16,899 bases of DNA from Coleofasciculus sp. B1-GNL1-01. Its GTDB lineage: Bacteria > Cyanobacteriota > Cyanobacteriia > Cyanobacteriales > Coleofasciculaceae. Positions 15,915-16,899 of this stretch are shown here, piece by piece. The stretch is from assembly GCA_040220235.1 (NCBI GenBank), contig JAVJTO010000090.1, one strand, 5' to 3'. The notes under the pieces are model-generated. The model saw only the letters and a program-made list of their open reading frames with translations. It was not told where the DNA came from and ran no database searches. Both the position numbers and the translations under genes were made by a program. Positions within the stretch are counted from its first letter, which is position 1; every line of letters begins with the position of its first letter.

Positions 15915-16456
15915 TGTAAGGAATCCAAAGTGAAAACGACTCCTTCTAGGTCTAAAGTAGCTAAAATATTTTGCACAACAGCAATTTCACTCCCTTGTTT
16001 ATTGTGAAATTGTTGGAGAGCAATGGGGACTCCTTGTTGAGCGCTGAATACCGAAACGACATTAATAAAATCTTGATAAGCTTGGTCGTAATTACTGACA
16101 GTAGCCTTAATACTTTTACCATCAACTCCTAACCAGTCTTGTTCTCCCTGAGGAAGACTACTATATACCCAATTATTAAAAATATTAGCTAAATCTGTAA
16201 AATCTATTCCCATCATCACCCGCCGAAAAGTTGAGTCAGAAGGAAAACGAGTCGGAGGTAATTGCAGAGTTGTCACCAATGCCTCATGATGCCTCCGACA
16301 AAAATCTTCCAGGGCACGATAACCTAAACAATCACTCAGAGTTCCCATAATCACCAGCAAAAGAAGTAACCACAAAGGATAACGCCGTCCTCTTGCGGCA
16401 CGAAAGTCTGGCACTTGGGTTAAGGCTTCCAGGAGATTGACCTTCATAGCAAGCAA
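15890..16456 (-). CDS. ISAs1-family transposase, N-terminal part
   Basis: VPDFRAARGRRYPL, PSDSTFRRV, GVDGKSI, SEIAVV and FTLDSLHCQKK motifs; ends just after the A8 run. Confidence 0.88.
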   Translation of the reverse strand: MLAMKVNLLEALTQVPDFRAARGRRYPLWLLLLLVIMGTLSDCLGYRALEDFCRRHHEALVTTLQLPPTRFPSDSTFRRVMMGIDFTDLANIFNNWVYSSLPQGEQDWLGVDGKSIKATVSNYDQAYQDFINVVSVFSAQQGVPIALQQFHNKQGSEIAVVQNILATLDLEGVVFTLDSLHCQKKLYG

Positions 16457-16638
16457 ATGACTCGATTAAACTATGGCTGCAAGATTTAGTTTACGCTAAA
16501 TTCTGGTCGTCCTAATTTTCTCTCATCACCATGTATTAGCCCTGCCTTGTAAAGGGGGACGGGAGGGGGATCTATCAGGGAAGGGGGCTGGGGGGTTAGG
16601 TTTGATATCTATTTTTCTAGATGGTGTGAAAAGTCAGG

Positions 16639-16899
16639 TAAGTAGGTGGAGACAATTAAACTGAAGTTCCCCCGTGCAGATGTACTACACCCAGGCTAAA
16701 GCCTTATTCCGTAGTGGTTTGAGCGCTCAACCCCCTCAAAAATCGTACCCATGTAGCTCTTGCAAAAATACCGCGATACGTTCCTTCGGAACAGGCTCCG
16801 CCAACGCGGTATTTTTGCAATATGACAAGAGATCGGTTGAAACCCACGCTACATCAAGGTTTCAGCGATTGTACATAAGTAGGGCGGCTAAAAAATCGC
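16639..16899. repeat. Nested miniature repeats: TAAGTAGG-type ends and a perfect 16-bp inverted repeat
   Basis: TAAGTAGGTGG at 16639 and TAAGTAGGGCGG at 16876; TTGCAAAAATACCGCG (16760-16775) / CGCGGTATTTTTGCAA (16805-16820); runs off the window end. Confidence 0.55.

Larger units (their letters stand above)
14966..16544 (-). mobile_element. ISAs1-family insertion sequence (1579 bp)
   Basis: ~44-bp imperfect terminal inverted repeats: CAGGGCTAATTCATTGTGATGAGAGAAAATTAGG at 14966 and CCTAATTTTCTCTCATCACCATGTATTAGCCCTG ending at 16544. CAGGG termini are typical of ISAs1; the repeats enclose the transposase. Confidence 0.92.

Overview
Cyanobacterial chromosomal DNA, indicated by at least 11 HIP1 GCGATCGC octamers, heptamer STRR repeats and GTAG-type REPs. 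Left part: polyamine ABC transporter genes potD-potB, a ~300-nt ORF-free but highly structured segment with its own candidate promoter and terminator (possible ncRNA), a CtpB-like S41 protease and a YdcF/DUF218 gene. The centre (5087-14196) is the most notable part: a divergent heme/flavin redox cluster. Leftward lie a plant-type fatty-acid alpha-dioxygenase homolog and an atypical catalase-fold protein. Rightward lie an Old Yellow Enzyme-family reductase with a Cys cluster, two paralogous membrane-anchored di-heme c proteins with a RoxA/MauG-like PYLHNGSVP motif, and a 4-TM protein between them. I infer a possibly uncharacterised oxylipin/lipid-oxidation pathway. Right part: a small HTH-like ORF, a 9-bp tandem repeat, a complete ISAs1-family element with an A8-frameshifted transposase, and nested miniature repeats. 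All family calls come from motif recognition by eye; no searches were run.
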